64,000 nucleotides of DNA from Candidatus Limnocylindrus sp. Its GTDB lineage: Bacteria; Chloroflexota; Limnocylindria; Limnocylindrales; Limnocylindraceae. The translations under genes were made by a program, and so were the position numbers. Within the stretch, counting starts at the first letter, position 1; each line of letters opens with the position of its first letter. Under the pieces are notes generated by a model. The model was not told the DNA's origin. It searched no databases and worked only from the letters and a program-made list of their open reading frames with translations. Positions 28,413-38,503 of this stretch are shown in pieces. The stretch lies in NCBI GenBank assembly GCA_040397175.1, contig JBBAWM010000002.1, positions 96,001-160,000 on the forward strand, in the 5' to 3' direction.

Positions 28413-28943
28413 ATGACCGTCGCTGCGCACATCATCGTTTCAGGTGCTCCGGCAGCCCCTGGGGCCGTCCGTCCAGAGCTCGTGCGACTAGTCGAGGCCG
28501 CCTGGTCCGGCGGCGCACATCCGATCCTTATTTCGGGCCTGACCACGGGCGAAGTCGCCCCTACCTTAAGCCGCGCCACCCTCTCGGGCGAGCACGCCGC
28601 CGTCGCAGCTGATGCGTTCGGTGAGGTTGCAGGCACAACGGCGGTCATCACCCTCCCCCTGAGCCACGCTGGTGTGGATCCGGAGACGGTTACGGCGCTT
28701 ATTGCGGCACATGGCCGACAGGGCGAGCAGGTGCTCGTCGCTGCCCGAAACGGCGAAGTGGGGCCGGTGCGCCTCACACCGATCGAGAGCAACGGCGCGA
28801 GCGAAATCCACCTGGAATGCGGTGATGAGGGCGCTGTTCGTCCGTCCGATGGTCGTGATCCGCTCGCCTACGAAGCACCACCTGCCGACACCAACGCCAT
28901 TGACCCGTGGGAGCAGCGTGGCTCCCCGGCTGAGGAGCGCTAG
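28413..28943 (+). CDS. Hypothetical protein, possibly a degenerate MocA/MobA-like NTP-transferase fold
   Basis: TATACT seven nt before ATG; spacing of RLVEAAW.GGA.PI, P...VDPETV.ALI, G..GP, GD.G resembles NTP_transf_3 proteins but the Gly-rich GxxxR loop is absent; stop shares CTAG with the aspS stop. Confidence 0.5.
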   Translation: MTVAAHIIVSGAPAAPGAVRPELVRLVEAAWSGGAHPILISGLTTGEVAPTLSRATLSGEHAAVAADAFGEVAGTTAVITLPLSHAGVDPETVTALIAAHGRQGEQVLVAARNGEVGPVRLTPIESNGASEIHLECGDEGAVRPSDGRDPLAYEAPPADTNAIDPWEQRGSPAEER

Positions 28944-30796
28944 CTCTTAACTGGGCGCACCGATAGGCCCAACTCGGCCCACTGCTTCGCATCCGGCTCC
29001 GATGGAGCCTCAAGCATCAGGTCGCTCCCCGACTGCGTCTTCGGGAAGGCCATCACTTCGCGAATATTAATCTGGCCGGCGAGAAGCGCCGCCCAGCGCT
29101 CAACCCCGATGGCGATGCCGCCGTGTGGCGGTGCGCCGTATTCGAACGCATCGAGCAGTGCGCCGAATTTTGCACGTGCATCTTCCAGTGAGTGGCCCAT
29201 GAGTGCAAACGAGCGCTCGAGGAGCGCGCGATCATGGATGCGAATCGAGCCACCGCCAAGTTCCCAACCGTTCAGCACAATGTCGTACTGCTGCGCGAGC
29301 GCACCCGAAGCGGGATCGCCTTCGCTGCGCTTCGCAAGATCACCTGACGTCGTGGCGAGCAGGTTGAGATGCTCGGGAACGGGCGCAGAGAACGGATTGT
29401 GCGTTGCGTCCCATCGCCCCGACTCAGCCTCCCACTGATACATCGGGAAGCGGTGCACCCAGCAGAAGGCAAGCACATCGGGATCAGCGAGCCCCAGCTC
29501 AAGCGCAACCTCGACGCGCAAACGACCGAGAACTTCGGCCGAAAGGATGCGCGGCCCAGCAACGATCAAGAGCAGATCGCCATCGGCGTGCGTTGCTGTA
29601 CCACCCGTTGCCGACCAGAGCACGGCGGTTGCCTCTGGAGAGAGGAACTTTGCGATCGGCGAACGAACTTCGCCGTCTGGCTGCAGCGCGATCCACACGA
29701 GGCCGTTAGCGCCATAGCGCTTGGCGCGTTCCGTCAGGTCGTCGACGTCGGAACGAGTAATCCCGCCACGACCGGCAACGCGGATCGCACGAATTCGCCC
29801 ACCACTGGCTCGTGTCTCATCGAATACCTTGAACCCGGTGCTCTCAGGGAGCGCCGCGCCAAGATCAATTAACTCCATCGCAAAGCGAATGTCAGGCTTG
29901 TCTGAGCCGTAGCGCTCCATCGCCTCCTCATACGTGAATGTTGGGAGTGGCAGCTGCTGAATCGGGCGATCAGGTCGGATGCGCTTCGTGACCTCGATCA
30001 CCATCGCTTCGACATAGGAGCGCACACTCGTCTCGTCTACAAAGCTCATCTCGATGTCGAGCTGGGTGAACTCTGGCTGACGATCGCCGCGAAGATCCTC
30101 GTCGCGGAAACAGCGGGCGATCTGGAAGTAGCGGTCAAAGCCAGCGACCATCAGGAGCTGTTTCATCTGCTGCGGTGATTGCGGCAACGCGTAAACGCTC
30201 CCCTGCTGCAGCCGCGATGGCACGATGAAGTCGCGGGCGCCTTCGGGGGTTGACTTGATCAGGATTGGAGTTTCCACCTCGACAAAGCCATGTTCGTGGT
30301 GCACTTCGCGAATCGCCTGCACCATGGCGCTGCGGAGGAGAATCCGATCGCGCAGAGGCTCGCGACGCAGGTCAAGGTAGCGGTACTTCAGGCGCAGGCT
30401 CTCGTCGACCGGGGCCTCGGTGTCGTTGATGTAAAAGGGTGGCGTTTTCGCCTGCGAGAGTACGGTGACGCTCTCGCCCGCAACCTCGATCGCGCCTGTG
30501 GCGAGCTTCTCGTTCTCAGTGCCGGCACGTCGTGCTGCAACGGCCCCATCGACGGCGATCACCCACTCGCTCCGAGCGTCGGTAAGGGCGGCGTGCGCCT
30601 CAGGGGCGACAGCGGCGTCAACAACCACCTGCACGATGCCGTAGCGATCACGAAGGTCAATGAAGACAAGGCTTCCGTGGTCGCGACGACGGTGGATCCA
30701 ACCGGCGAGTCGTACGCGCCGGCCGACGTCACTAGGGCGCAGCGCGCCACAAACGTCGCTTCGGAGGCCCGTGGTGAGTTTTGCCGCGTCGGTCAT
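28940..30796 (-). CDS. aspS: Aspartate--tRNA ligase, likely non-discriminating (Asp/Asn)
   Basis: RRRDHG..FIDLRD, STPEGARDF, LPQSPQ, CFRDED.R.DRQPEFTQ, GGGSIRIH, GAPPHGG. Confidence 0.97.
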   Translation of the reverse strand: MTDAAKLTTGLRSDVCGALRPSDVGRRVRLAGWIHRRRDHGSLVFIDLRDRYGIVQVVVDAAVAPEAHAALTDARSEWVIAVDGAVAARRAGTENEKLATGAIEVAGESVTVLSQAKTPPFYINDTEAPVDESLRLKYRYLDLRREPLRDRILLRSAMVQAIREVHHEHGFVEVETPILIKSTPEGARDFIVPSRLQQGSVYALPQSPQQMKQLLMVAGFDRYFQIARCFRDEDLRGDRQPEFTQLDIEMSFVDETSVRSYVEAMVIEVTKRIRPDRPIQQLPLPTFTYEEAMERYGSDKPDIRFAMELIDLGAALPESTGFKVFDETRASGGRIRAIRVAGRGGITRSDVDDLTERAKRYGANGLVWIALQPDGEVRSPIAKFLSPEATAVLWSATGGTATHADGDLLLIVAGPRILSAEVLGRLRVEVALELGLADPDVLAFCWVHRFPMYQWEAESGRWDATHNPFSAPVPEHLNLLATTSGDLAKRSEGDPASGALAQQYDIVLNGWELGGGSIRIHDRALLERSFALMGHSLEDARAKFGALLDAFEYGAPPHGGIAIGVERWAALLAGQINIREVMAFPKTQSGSDLMLEAPSEPDAKQWAELGLSVRPVKS

Positions 30797-30797
30797 G

Positions 30798-32072
30798 CTA
30801 CCCCTCGTTCCGCACTAGGCGAAGTGCTGCGGCGACCACGCCGCCACGCTCCGCTGGCTCCGCCTGACTCGCCTTGACGAGATCCCGCAAGGTAAGGAGC
30901 CCGTCTGGCTCCACGATGATGACGGCGATCGCGCCATCGCGCACGGCAGCCTCGAGCTGCTTCCCTTTCTTCCGCGTGCTGACGTCTGCTCGGGCGCTCA
31001 CCCCCGCAGCGCGGAGTTCGGCGGCGATCGCCACGCGATCCGCGACAGAGTCAGCATCAATGCCAGCGACAACGATGGCTGGGCCAGCTGCGGTTGCGGG
31101 CAGGAGTCCACGCGCCTCAAGGGCGAGCACCACCCGGTCAATTCCGATCGCAAAGCCGATCGCAGGAGTTGGTGTGCCCCCGAGTAGTTCAACGAGTCCG
31201 TCAAAGCGACCGCCACCACCCAGTGCCCCCTGCTGGCCTTGCTCTCCAGGAAGGAGGTACTCCCACGCGGTGCGGGTGTAGTAGTCGAGCCCACGGACAA
31301 GGCGCGGGGCCGGAAGCACGGTGGTACCAATCGTCGCGAGTCCAGTGATGACCGCCGCGTGATGCGCCGCACAGTCGGCGCAGAGGTGATCAGTAATGAT
31401 CGGTGCGCTCGCGGCACGCTTCACCGACGCGGGCTCTTTCGAATCGAGAAGGCGCAGCGGATTGGTGGCAAGTCGTGACTGATCAACCTCACTGAGCTCC
31501 TGCGACACTTGCGCGAAGTGGGCGCTCAGCGTTGCAAGGTAGGCGGGACGGCAGGTCGCACAGCCAACAGAGTTCAGATGTACCTGCACGTCGGTGAGGC
31601 CCAATTCGCGCAGATAGGCGGCGCCGAGCTCGATCACCTCAAGATCGATTCCCGGCCCAGCCTCGCCGATCGCCTCAATGTCGAATTGGGTGAACTGGCG
31701 AAAGCGCCCCTTCTGCGGGCGGTCGTAACGGAAGAGCTGCGCCACCGTCGCGAGCCGAACAGGTTGCGGCGCCGAGCGCATGCCGTGTTGGATGTAGGCC
31801 CGCACGGCACCGGCCGTTGCCTCGGGCCGCAGCGCCAAGGTGACCGCATCGTCACCCCGAGGCTCTAGCCGATAGAGCTCCTTCGCAACGATGTCTGAGG
31901 TGCCGCCAACGGCGCGTTCAAAGAGTGCACTCTCCTCGGCGATCGGTAGTTCGATACGGGCGTACCCAGCGGCGGCTGCAGCAGCCCACGCGCGATCGGT
32001 GGCCCAGCCGTGCGCCGACGCAAGTGGTTCAAGGAGGTCGCGCAGACCGCGAGGAGACTGGAAGCCGCTCAC
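30798..32072 (-). CDS. hisS: Histidine--tRNA ligase
   Basis: PRG, LRPE.TA, FRYDRPQKGRFRQFTQ, LVRGLDYY, GGGRFDGL, GFAIG.DR. Confidence 0.96.
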   Translation of the reverse strand: MSGFQSPRGLRDLLEPLASAHGWATDRAWAAAAAAGYARIELPIAEESALFERAVGGTSDIVAKELYRLEPRGDDAVTLALRPEATAGAVRAYIQHGMRSAPQPVRLATVAQLFRYDRPQKGRFRQFTQFDIEAIGEAGPGIDLEVIELGAAYLRELGLTDVQVHLNSVGCATCRPAYLATLSAHFAQVSQELSEVDQSRLATNPLRLLDSKEPASVKRAASAPIITDHLCADCAAHHAAVITGLATIGTTVLPAPRLVRGLDYYTRTAWEYLLPGEQGQQGALGGGGRFDGLVELLGGTPTPAIGFAIGIDRVVLALEARGLLPATAAGPAIVVAGIDADSVADRVAIAAELRAAGVSARADVSTRKKGKQLEAAVRDGAIAVIIVEPDGLLTLRDLVKASQAEPAERGGVVAAALRLVRNEG

Positions 32073-34324
32073 TGGTGCTGCTCCCGCGAAACGCTCCGGA
32101 CGCCGCGGACGCGCTCCAGCCGCGCCATCAGCCTGGCAAGTTCGCTAATAGAGCCGACAGCAAGGGTCATCAACATCTCCGCATTCGTTTGGCCTGTCGT
32201 CTGAACAGTAGCGGACAAGATGTTCACCTTCTGCTCCGCAACCACCTGGGTGATCTCAGAGAAGAGGCCGGTGCGGTCGAGCCCCTCGACGCGAATCGTC
32301 ACCGGGTAGCTCTCCGTGGTCGCCGGTGTCATCTCCCATTCGACGTCAATGAGGCGTGACGCCTCTCGGGCGGAGGTGGAGGCGTCGCAGCTGGCGAGGT
32401 GCACAGTCACCCCCTTACCGCGGGTAATGAAGCCAACGATGGGATCGCCTGGAAGCGGTCGACAACAGCGACCAAATCGCGTCAAGAGGTCGGGCACCCC
32501 TTTTACGCGAATCCCCCCCGTCCGTTCAGCCGGGGCGACTGCCGCAGCGCTCGTACTCAAGGGCAAGAGTAATTTTGCGTCGTCCGATGCGACGCCGAGG
32601 CGTGAAACCACCTGTTGTGGACCGACGGCACCGTAACCGATCGCCGCGAATAGGTCATCGACGCTCCCCTGATTCATTTGCTTGGCCACCTCTTCGATGC
32701 GCTCGCGACCGATCGATTCCAAGGTAGTGCGGGCAAGGCGGCGCAGCTCGCGTTCGAGTGACTCTCGACCGTGCAGGATGTTCTCGCCACGCTCCTGATG
32801 CTTGAACCACTGGCGAATCTTGTTACGCGCCTGCCGCGTAGTGGCCACATTGAGCCAGTCACGACTTGGGCCATGCTTCCCACGCGCCGTGACCACCTCG
32901 ATGATGTCGCCCGACCTTAGTCGATACTCCAGCGGCACCAAGCGATTATTCACCTTCGCACCAATGCAGCGGTGACCGATGTCGGTATGCACGAGATAGG
33001 CAAAATCTAGCGGCGTTGCGCCGGCTGGCAGCTCCTTGACGTCGCCCTTCGGCGTAAAGACATAAACCTGATCCTGGAAGACGTCAAGCCGCACGCCTTC
33101 GAGGAACTCAGATGCGTCGGTCACATCGCGCTGCCACTCAAGGAGTTGGCGCAACCAGGCGAGCTTTGCATCGTAGGCAGCATCAGGCTGCGTGCCATCC
33201 TTGTAGCGCCAATGCGCCGCGATCCCTACCTCGGCAACCTCATGCATCGACCTCGTGCGGATCTGCACCTCAAGTGGACGCCCGTCGAGCGCTACGACCG
33301 CGGTGTGCAAGCTCTGATAGAGATTGTTCTTCGGCACGGCAATGTAGTCGTCGAATTGATTCGGGATCGGTCGCCAGACGCTATGGACCGCGCCGAGGGC
33401 GGCGTAACAGTCACGGAGGTTCTCAACAATGACGCGAATCGCATACACGTCGTAGATCTCTGAGAAGTCGCTTGATCGTCGTGCCATCTTCTTGTGGATC
33501 GAGTAGAGATGTTTCGCCCGGCCCGAAAACTCCGCCACAATGCCGGCTCGCTCCAGTTCCGGCTTGAGGATGGCGATCGCACGTTCGACATAGTCGGCGC
33601 GCATGTCCCGTCGCAGCTCGACCAGGTTCGCAAGCTCGTGGTACCGCTCAGGCTCGAGCGCCTTGAAGGCGAGGTCTTCGAGCTCCCACTTCATCTGCCA
33701 AATGCCAAGGCGCTCCGCAAGTGGCGCATAGATCTCAAGCGTCTGTCGGGCGATGCGGCGCTGCTTCTCCGCTGGGAGCGCGGCGAGGGTGCGCATGTTA
33801 TGCAGCCGATCACCGAGCTTGATGAGCACAACACGGATGTCTTGTGACATGGCAAGGAACATCTTGCGAATATTCTCGGCGTGCTGCTCTTCGGCGCTCA
33901 TCGCTGAGAACTTGCTCAGCTTCGTGACGCCATCGACAAGTGTTCCGACCTCGTCACCAAAGCGCTCAGCGATCTCGGCAGCCGTCACCGACGTATCCTC
34001 TGGAACGTCATGGAGCAGCGCAGCGACGAGGGTTGCGGCATCCAGACCGAGGTCCGCAAGAATCAGCGCCGCCTCGGCGGGGTGGGTCACGTATGGCTCT
34101 CCTGAGGCACGTACTTGCGTGCCGTGTGCTTCCACCGCAAAGCGGAAGGCATCATCGACAAGGCGCGCCGCCTCCGCCGTGCCGATGCCCGTCGATACCT
34201 TGTCGCGCAGTGCTTCACGGAGTGACTCCACCGGTCGCGCCAGCGCGCGGACCTTAGCGATTGGGTCCGTGGCAGGGCGCTTGACCTGGGGTGTCCTCTC
34301 TCCTGGTTGCGGCTCCATGCTCAT
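32069..34324 (-). CDS. rel: Long RSH (p)ppGpp synthetase/hydrolase Rel
   Basis: R.SGEPY..HP, intact LLHDV.ED, DRLHNMRT, GRAKH, YQSLHT, E.QIRT, TGS, CC.P.PGD and ACT domains. Confidence 0.96.
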   Translation of the reverse strand: MSMEPQPGERTPQVKRPATDPIAKVRALARPVESLREALRDKVSTGIGTAEAARLVDDAFRFAVEAHGTQVRASGEPYVTHPAEAALILADLGLDAATLVAALLHDVPEDTSVTAAEIAERFGDEVGTLVDGVTKLSKFSAMSAEEQHAENIRKMFLAMSQDIRVVLIKLGDRLHNMRTLAALPAEKQRRIARQTLEIYAPLAERLGIWQMKWELEDLAFKALEPERYHELANLVELRRDMRADYVERAIAILKPELERAGIVAEFSGRAKHLYSIHKKMARRSSDFSEIYDVYAIRVIVENLRDCYAALGAVHSVWRPIPNQFDDYIAVPKNNLYQSLHTAVVALDGRPLEVQIRTRSMHEVAEVGIAAHWRYKDGTQPDAAYDAKLAWLRQLLEWQRDVTDASEFLEGVRLDVFQDQVYVFTPKGDVKELPAGATPLDFAYLVHTDIGHRCIGAKVNNRLVPLEYRLRSGDIIEVVTARGKHGPSRDWLNVATTRQARNKIRQWFKHQERGENILHGRESLERELRRLARTTLESIGRERIEEVAKQMNQGSVDDLFAAIGYGAVGPQQVVSRLGVASDDAKLLLPLSTSAAAVAPAERTGGIRVKGVPDLLTRFGRCCRPLPGDPIVGFITRGKGVTVHLASCDASTSAREASRLIDVEWEMTPATTESYPVTIRVEGLDRTGLFSEITQVVAEQKVNILSATVQTTGQTNAEMLMTLAVGSISELARLMARLERVRGVRSVSREQHQ

Positions 34325-35817
34325 TGTTTTGGAGAATAGCCGAGCGCGACGAGCGCGCTGCGTGCTGCCCCTGCCTCATCCCACGCCTCATCGACGCCGC
34401 GGCGTTCAATCGTTCGCTCATGCCCCTTCCCCGCCAAGAGCACGACGTCACCCGGTCGGGCGGCGCTGATCGCCGCACGAATGGCAGACGTTCGGTCGTG
34501 AAGGATCGCAGCGCTGCTACCCGGGAGCGGAGAAGCTTCCTGGAACGCGGTTCGAATCGCCTCCCCAATAACGCTCGGATCCTCACTCCGCGGGTCTTCG
34601 TCTGCAATCCACACTAGATCGGCACCAGTAGCCGCTCGCCCTATTGCAGTACGTCGACCAGGGTCTCGTTCGCCCGCGGCTCCCGTGACTAGCAGGAGGC
34701 GACCGGTTGGGCTGCACATCTCGCGCGCCACGGCAGCCGCCGCCGTTAACGAAGGACCCGTATGCGCAAAGTCAACGATCACCTTGAACGGCTGGGCATA
34801 GTCGATAAGCTGACTTCGGCCAGGAGGGCCGATTTCGGCCTCAACTGCGGCGATCGCTGCTGGAAGTGGGAGCCCCCATGCCGCGACGAGGGTGAGCGCC
34901 GCGGCCGCATTTGCCGCATTGATCCGACCAGGCATCGCCAGGTGTAGCTCAGCCAGAACGCCGTTGATCAGTACTTGGTGATCGGAGTAGGCATCAAAAC
35001 GGGCAACCTGCAAGCCTGCAGCGGTGGCCGCTTCTGCGAATGGCTGCACCGCTGGATCGCTCGCGTGCACAACGACCACGCGCGGCAGGTTGCGCGCGCG
35101 GCTGGCTGCGCTGCCCACTGTCCTCGTAATGAGCGTCGCCTTCGCCGCGCGATATGCATCGAGGCTCGCATGGAAATCGAGATGGTCGGGCGAGAAGGTG
35201 GTGTAGATCGCCGCGGCAAAGCCAATGGCGCCGACACGCTCCAACTGAAGCCCATGACTCGTGCTCTCAACGACCGCCGCCTCATCGCCTGCCTCTACCA
35301 TCTCGCGCAGCGCGCGCTGTAGCGCGGGAGCCTCGGGCGTTGTCTGATGCGCTGCGGCCGCTCGCTGGACGCCACCGATGCGACTGATCGCCGTTGAGAT
35401 CAGGCCCGTGCGCAGCCCAGCAGCTGTAAGTGCTGTGGAGAGGAACGTCGATGTCGTTGTCTTTCCGTCGGTCCCCGTCACACCAATCGCCACAAGTTCT
35501 TCGGCTGGATCACCCTCCCACCACGCTGCCGCAACGGCGAGGGCCGCACGCGCATCGCGAACCAAGAGAAGTGGCACGTTCGAAGCGACCTGCTGCTCAC
35601 TCAACACCGCCGCTGCACCGCGCTCAACAGCACCTGCGATAAAAGCTGCCCCATCGAAGGAGTGCCCTGCGATCGCGACGAAGATTCCGCCGGCGCTGAC
35701 CAGCCGTGAATCGTGGGTGGGGGCGCTGGTAATAGTGATGGTCGCTGAGAACGGAGCGGCCAGGAGATTCCGCTCCTCCAGCCGGGTGATCAGCTCATGC
35801 AACGGACGCTTGCTCAT
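34321..35817 (-). CDS. murE: UDP-MurNAc-tripeptide ligase MurE (EDPR variant)
   Basis: DSR, GTDGKTTT, TTPE, ESTSHG, DHLDFH, DFAHT, G.RD, DEDPRSED, AGKGHE. Confidence 0.92.
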   Translation of the reverse strand: MSKRPLHELITRLEERNLLAAPFSATITITSAPTHDSRLVSAGGIFVAIAGHSFDGAAFIAGAVERGAAAVLSEQQVASNVPLLLVRDARAALAVAAAWWEGDPAEELVAIGVTGTDGKTTTSTFLSTALTAAGLRTGLISTAISRIGGVQRAAAAHQTTPEAPALQRALREMVEAGDEAAVVESTSHGLQLERVGAIGFAAAIYTTFSPDHLDFHASLDAYRAAKATLITRTVGSAASRARNLPRVVVVHASDPAVQPFAEAATAAGLQVARFDAYSDHQVLINGVLAELHLAMPGRINAANAAAALTLVAAWGLPLPAAIAAVEAEIGPPGRSQLIDYAQPFKVIVDFAHTGPSLTAAAAVAREMCSPTGRLLLVTGAAGERDPGRRTAIGRAATGADLVWIADEDPRSEDPSVIGEAIRTAFQEASPLPGSSAAILHDRTSAIRAAISAARPGDVVLLAGKGHERTIERRGVDEAWDEAGAARSALVALGYSPKQ

Positions 35818-36896
35818 GATCGCCCTCCACGTACTCGGCCGAGGAGCGAACGTAGTTGGAGCGCCCGTGGCCGGAGCACGATGCGGTGCGCGCCAGCCAT
35901 CGGGGTCCAGACCGCTCCAAACGAGGCCTTATGCGCGTACAAGCCGTGCATGGCGTCGCCCTCTTCTGGAATTTCACGATGCCCCACAACGTCCACCCCG
36001 CCGAGGTCGGTGATGCGGCGCTCCCCCGCCGCAATCTTGATTGCGGTCCAGCGTAGGAGCGCGAGGGCCCCCGGAGTCTCCTTCCGTGCAATCGGATCGT
36101 CGCCTGACGCATCCGTCGTGATGCGCTCACCGTGTCGCAGGATCACGATGAACGCGATTAGCGCGTCAGCGGCGCCTCGCACGACGAGGATCTCGGCGCG
36201 CTCTGTGGCAACGAGTTGTTCCCACCAGCGAATCATGGCCGCCGATGAACCAAGTACGAATGACTTACGCTGCGCCGTCGCCTCGAGCAGGAGCTGCACG
36301 TGGCCCCACAGTGCGGCGCGCTCCGCAACAGGAGTGAGGTGCGTGATTCGCTCGGGGGTGAATCCGGCACGTTCGGCGAGCGCGATCCGTTGGCGCGTGC
36401 TCTTGCTGATCCCCTCAAGAAGATCAGCTTCCGATGTTCCAGTTGCGCTCGCGCCGAGCACCATTGTGTGCTGGCTCGGAAAGATCTCAGACGATTTTCG
36501 AAACCCAGCGGTGCGGAACGCGGCTTCGGTCGCCTCTCCGGCTGGCAACCACGGATCCGCATCCAATGAGACAAGGCCGCACTCCGCTTGGAGCCACTGC
36601 GCGACGCGCTGGATCCGCCCTGTCACCGCGACCGCCTGGGCGAGCGTGGTACCCCAGGGCGCGAGTGGCCCACGTGGCACATGCCCCTTCGGGAGGACGA
36701 CGAGTGGTGCCCGATTCAAGAGAACGCCGATTGGCGTGTCATCAAGTTCAAGCGCGATCGCCTCGCGACCTAGGCTGGCTCGATAGGTGAGCCAGGCACT
36801 CCCCTGATGTACGTCCCCGCCAGGCGCGTCAACAGCCCGTGCGTCCCACGCCTGTTGCGCCGCGAGGGTCGTCAGATCGATTCGACGAATGGTCAT
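35814..36896 (-). CDS. FemABX-family peptidoglycan interpeptide-bridge transferase
   Basis: Q...W..YR...G, PRGP, HT, STRQRI.LA.R.G, DLGG, LY.HKASFG; lies between murE and murJ. Confidence 0.8.
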   Translation of the reverse strand: MTIRRIDLTTLAAQQAWDARAVDAPGGDVHQGSAWLTYRASLGREAIALELDDTPIGVLLNRAPLVVLPKGHVPRGPLAPWGTTLAQAVAVTGRIQRVAQWLQAECGLVSLDADPWLPAGEATEAAFRTAGFRKSSEIFPSQHTMVLGASATGTSEADLLEGISKSTRQRIALAERAGFTPERITHLTPVAERAALWGHVQLLLEATAQRKSFVLGSSAAMIRWWEQLVATERAEILVVRGAADALIAFIVILRHGERITTDASGDDPIARKETPGALALLRWTAIKIAAGERRITDLGGVDVVGHREIPEEGDAMHGLYAHKASFGAVWTPMAGAHRIVLRPRALQLRSLLGRVRGGRS

Positions 36897-38503
36897 ACGC
36901 TCGCCTCGGCGCGCAAGAGGAGTGCACGGAGTCGCTTCGGAGCGAGCGGTGCAAGGCGGCGGAGTAACGGGAGTGCCTCGCGTCGGCGTGCGATGAGCGT
37001 GAGGGCGACATAGGTGGCGAGCCCAACCACGGTGCCGAGCGCCGCGACTGCCGCACCAGGGAGTACCCCCAAACGCCGTGCCCCCTCAAGGAGCGGCAGC
37101 GTGATTGCGGCGGCTAGCCCTGCAGAAAGGAGTGCTGCACCCACTGCGAAGAGGGTGATGCCGACAACCGTTGACACGGTGAGGATCTGCTTATGCGCAA
37201 CCAGGAGGGCAAGCAGCACGATCGCCTCGAGCCACGTGCCGAGAGGGAGTGACGTGGCGATCCCAGTGACGCCAACGAGCGGAACCCAGATGGTCGCCAT
37301 CGCGAAAATCACGATGCTTCCACCAAGCTCGGCGACAGTAGGGCGCGCCGTATCGCGAAGGCCGTAGAAGAGGCGCACCGCAACCGAGATCACACCATGC
37401 GCAACGAGACCGAGGAGGAGCAGGCGCAGGAGATCTGCAGTTGCCGAAGCCGACACGTCATCGATACTCCCACCGACCACGAGGCGTACCGCATCAAACG
37501 AGAAGAGCGCCCCGAGTGCGGCAATGGGCGTCATCATCCAAATGACGGCACCGATGCTGGAGGTTGCCAGTGTGCGCACGGCCGCCAGGTTGCCGCGCGC
37601 CGCCTGCGCCGCAACCTTCGGGAGGATGGCGATGCCGATCGACGAGGTGACGAGCGCAAGGGGAACCTGCATCAGCGTGAAGGCATACGACCAGATCGTG
37701 ATCGCCCCGGCTCCCGTCGTACCGGCGAGCGAGACGAGATAGGCCAACAAGAGTTGCACAACAACGACTGAACCAATGCGCGGCAAGAGCGAACGGAGGG
37801 CATCGCGCAGGAGTGGGTCACGGAAGTTTGGTCGCGCTGGGCGCAAGCTACTTCGCATCAAGACAACGAAAGCGATACCGAGGACGGCAAGTGCACCAGC
37901 CGCCGTTCCGAACGCGGGTCCGTACCCTCCAGCGTTTCGACCGCCAATCAGCGCGCCGGCGATCGTACCCGCGCTATACACGAGGCCAGTAACGGCTGTG
38001 ACGCCAAACTTGGATCGCGCTGCAGCAGCACTTGTGCAGACGGCGGAGAGCGCCAACGCGATCGTGGCTACCAGAAGGATGACGCTCAGATCAGCCGCTT
38101 CGCGCTGCTGGGCGATCGGTAGCCCTCCGACCAAGAGCCCACTTAGCGCGCTCGCGCCAACGACAACGATCAGCGCGAAGATGCTGAGGAGGGCCAGCAT
38201 GGTGACCAGCACAGCGCTGACGATTCGTTGCGCTCGTCGTCGCTCGCCACGCTCAAGCAGCATGCTGAGCTGCGGAACCAAGACGGTAGCAATAGAACCT
38301 GCTGCGACCAGCGCGAACACGATGTCAGGGATACGAAACGCGGCAAGGAAGGGGTCTAGCGTTCCCGTCGCACCAAAGACTGCCACCAGGACGGTGATGC
38401 GGGCCCAGCCAGCGATACGCGATGCCAGTGCGCCAGCGGCGAGAATCGAGCTGCTCTGTGCAATGCTCGAGCGAGTCACGGCCCCACCTCGCCGCAACGT
38501 CAT
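36893..38503 (-). CDS. murJ: Lipid II flippase MurJ (MviN)
   Basis: SRIAGWAR, FG, D.F.AAFRIPD, about 14 TM, FY...DT..P. Confidence 0.9.
   Translation of the reverse strand: MTLRRGGAVTRSSIAQSSSILAAGALASRIAGWARITVLVAVFGATGTLDPFLAAFRIPDIVFALVAAGSIATVLVPQLSMLLERGERRRAQRIVSAVLVTMLALLSIFALIVVVGASALSGLLVGGLPIAQQREAADLSVILLVATIALALSAVCTSAAAARSKFGVTAVTGLVYSAGTIAGALIGGRNAGGYGPAFGTAAGALAVLGIAFVVLMRSSLRPARPNFRDPLLRDALRSLLPRIGSVVVVQLLLAYLVSLAGTTGAGAITIWSYAFTLMQVPLALVTSSIGIAILPKVAAQAARGNLAAVRTLATSSIGAVIWMMTPIAALGALFSFDAVRLVVGGSIDDVSASATADLLRLLLLGLVAHGVISVAVRLFYGLRDTARPTVAELGGSIVIFAMATIWVPLVGVTGIATSLPLGTWLEAIVLLALLVAHKQILTVSTVVGITLFAVGAALLSAGLAAAITLPLLEGARRLGVLPGAAVAALGTVVGLATYVALTLIARRREALPLLRRLAPLAPKRLRALLLRAEASV

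Noticed and set aside
26507-28792. Long N-terminal extensions in the ORF track for typA, deoC (58529), add (58932), iscS (26559), ispH (6358) and the BMP gene (57520)
   Set aside because: Extensions overlap divergent or upstream genes, or precede the family N-terminus; downstream starts have -10 or SD support.
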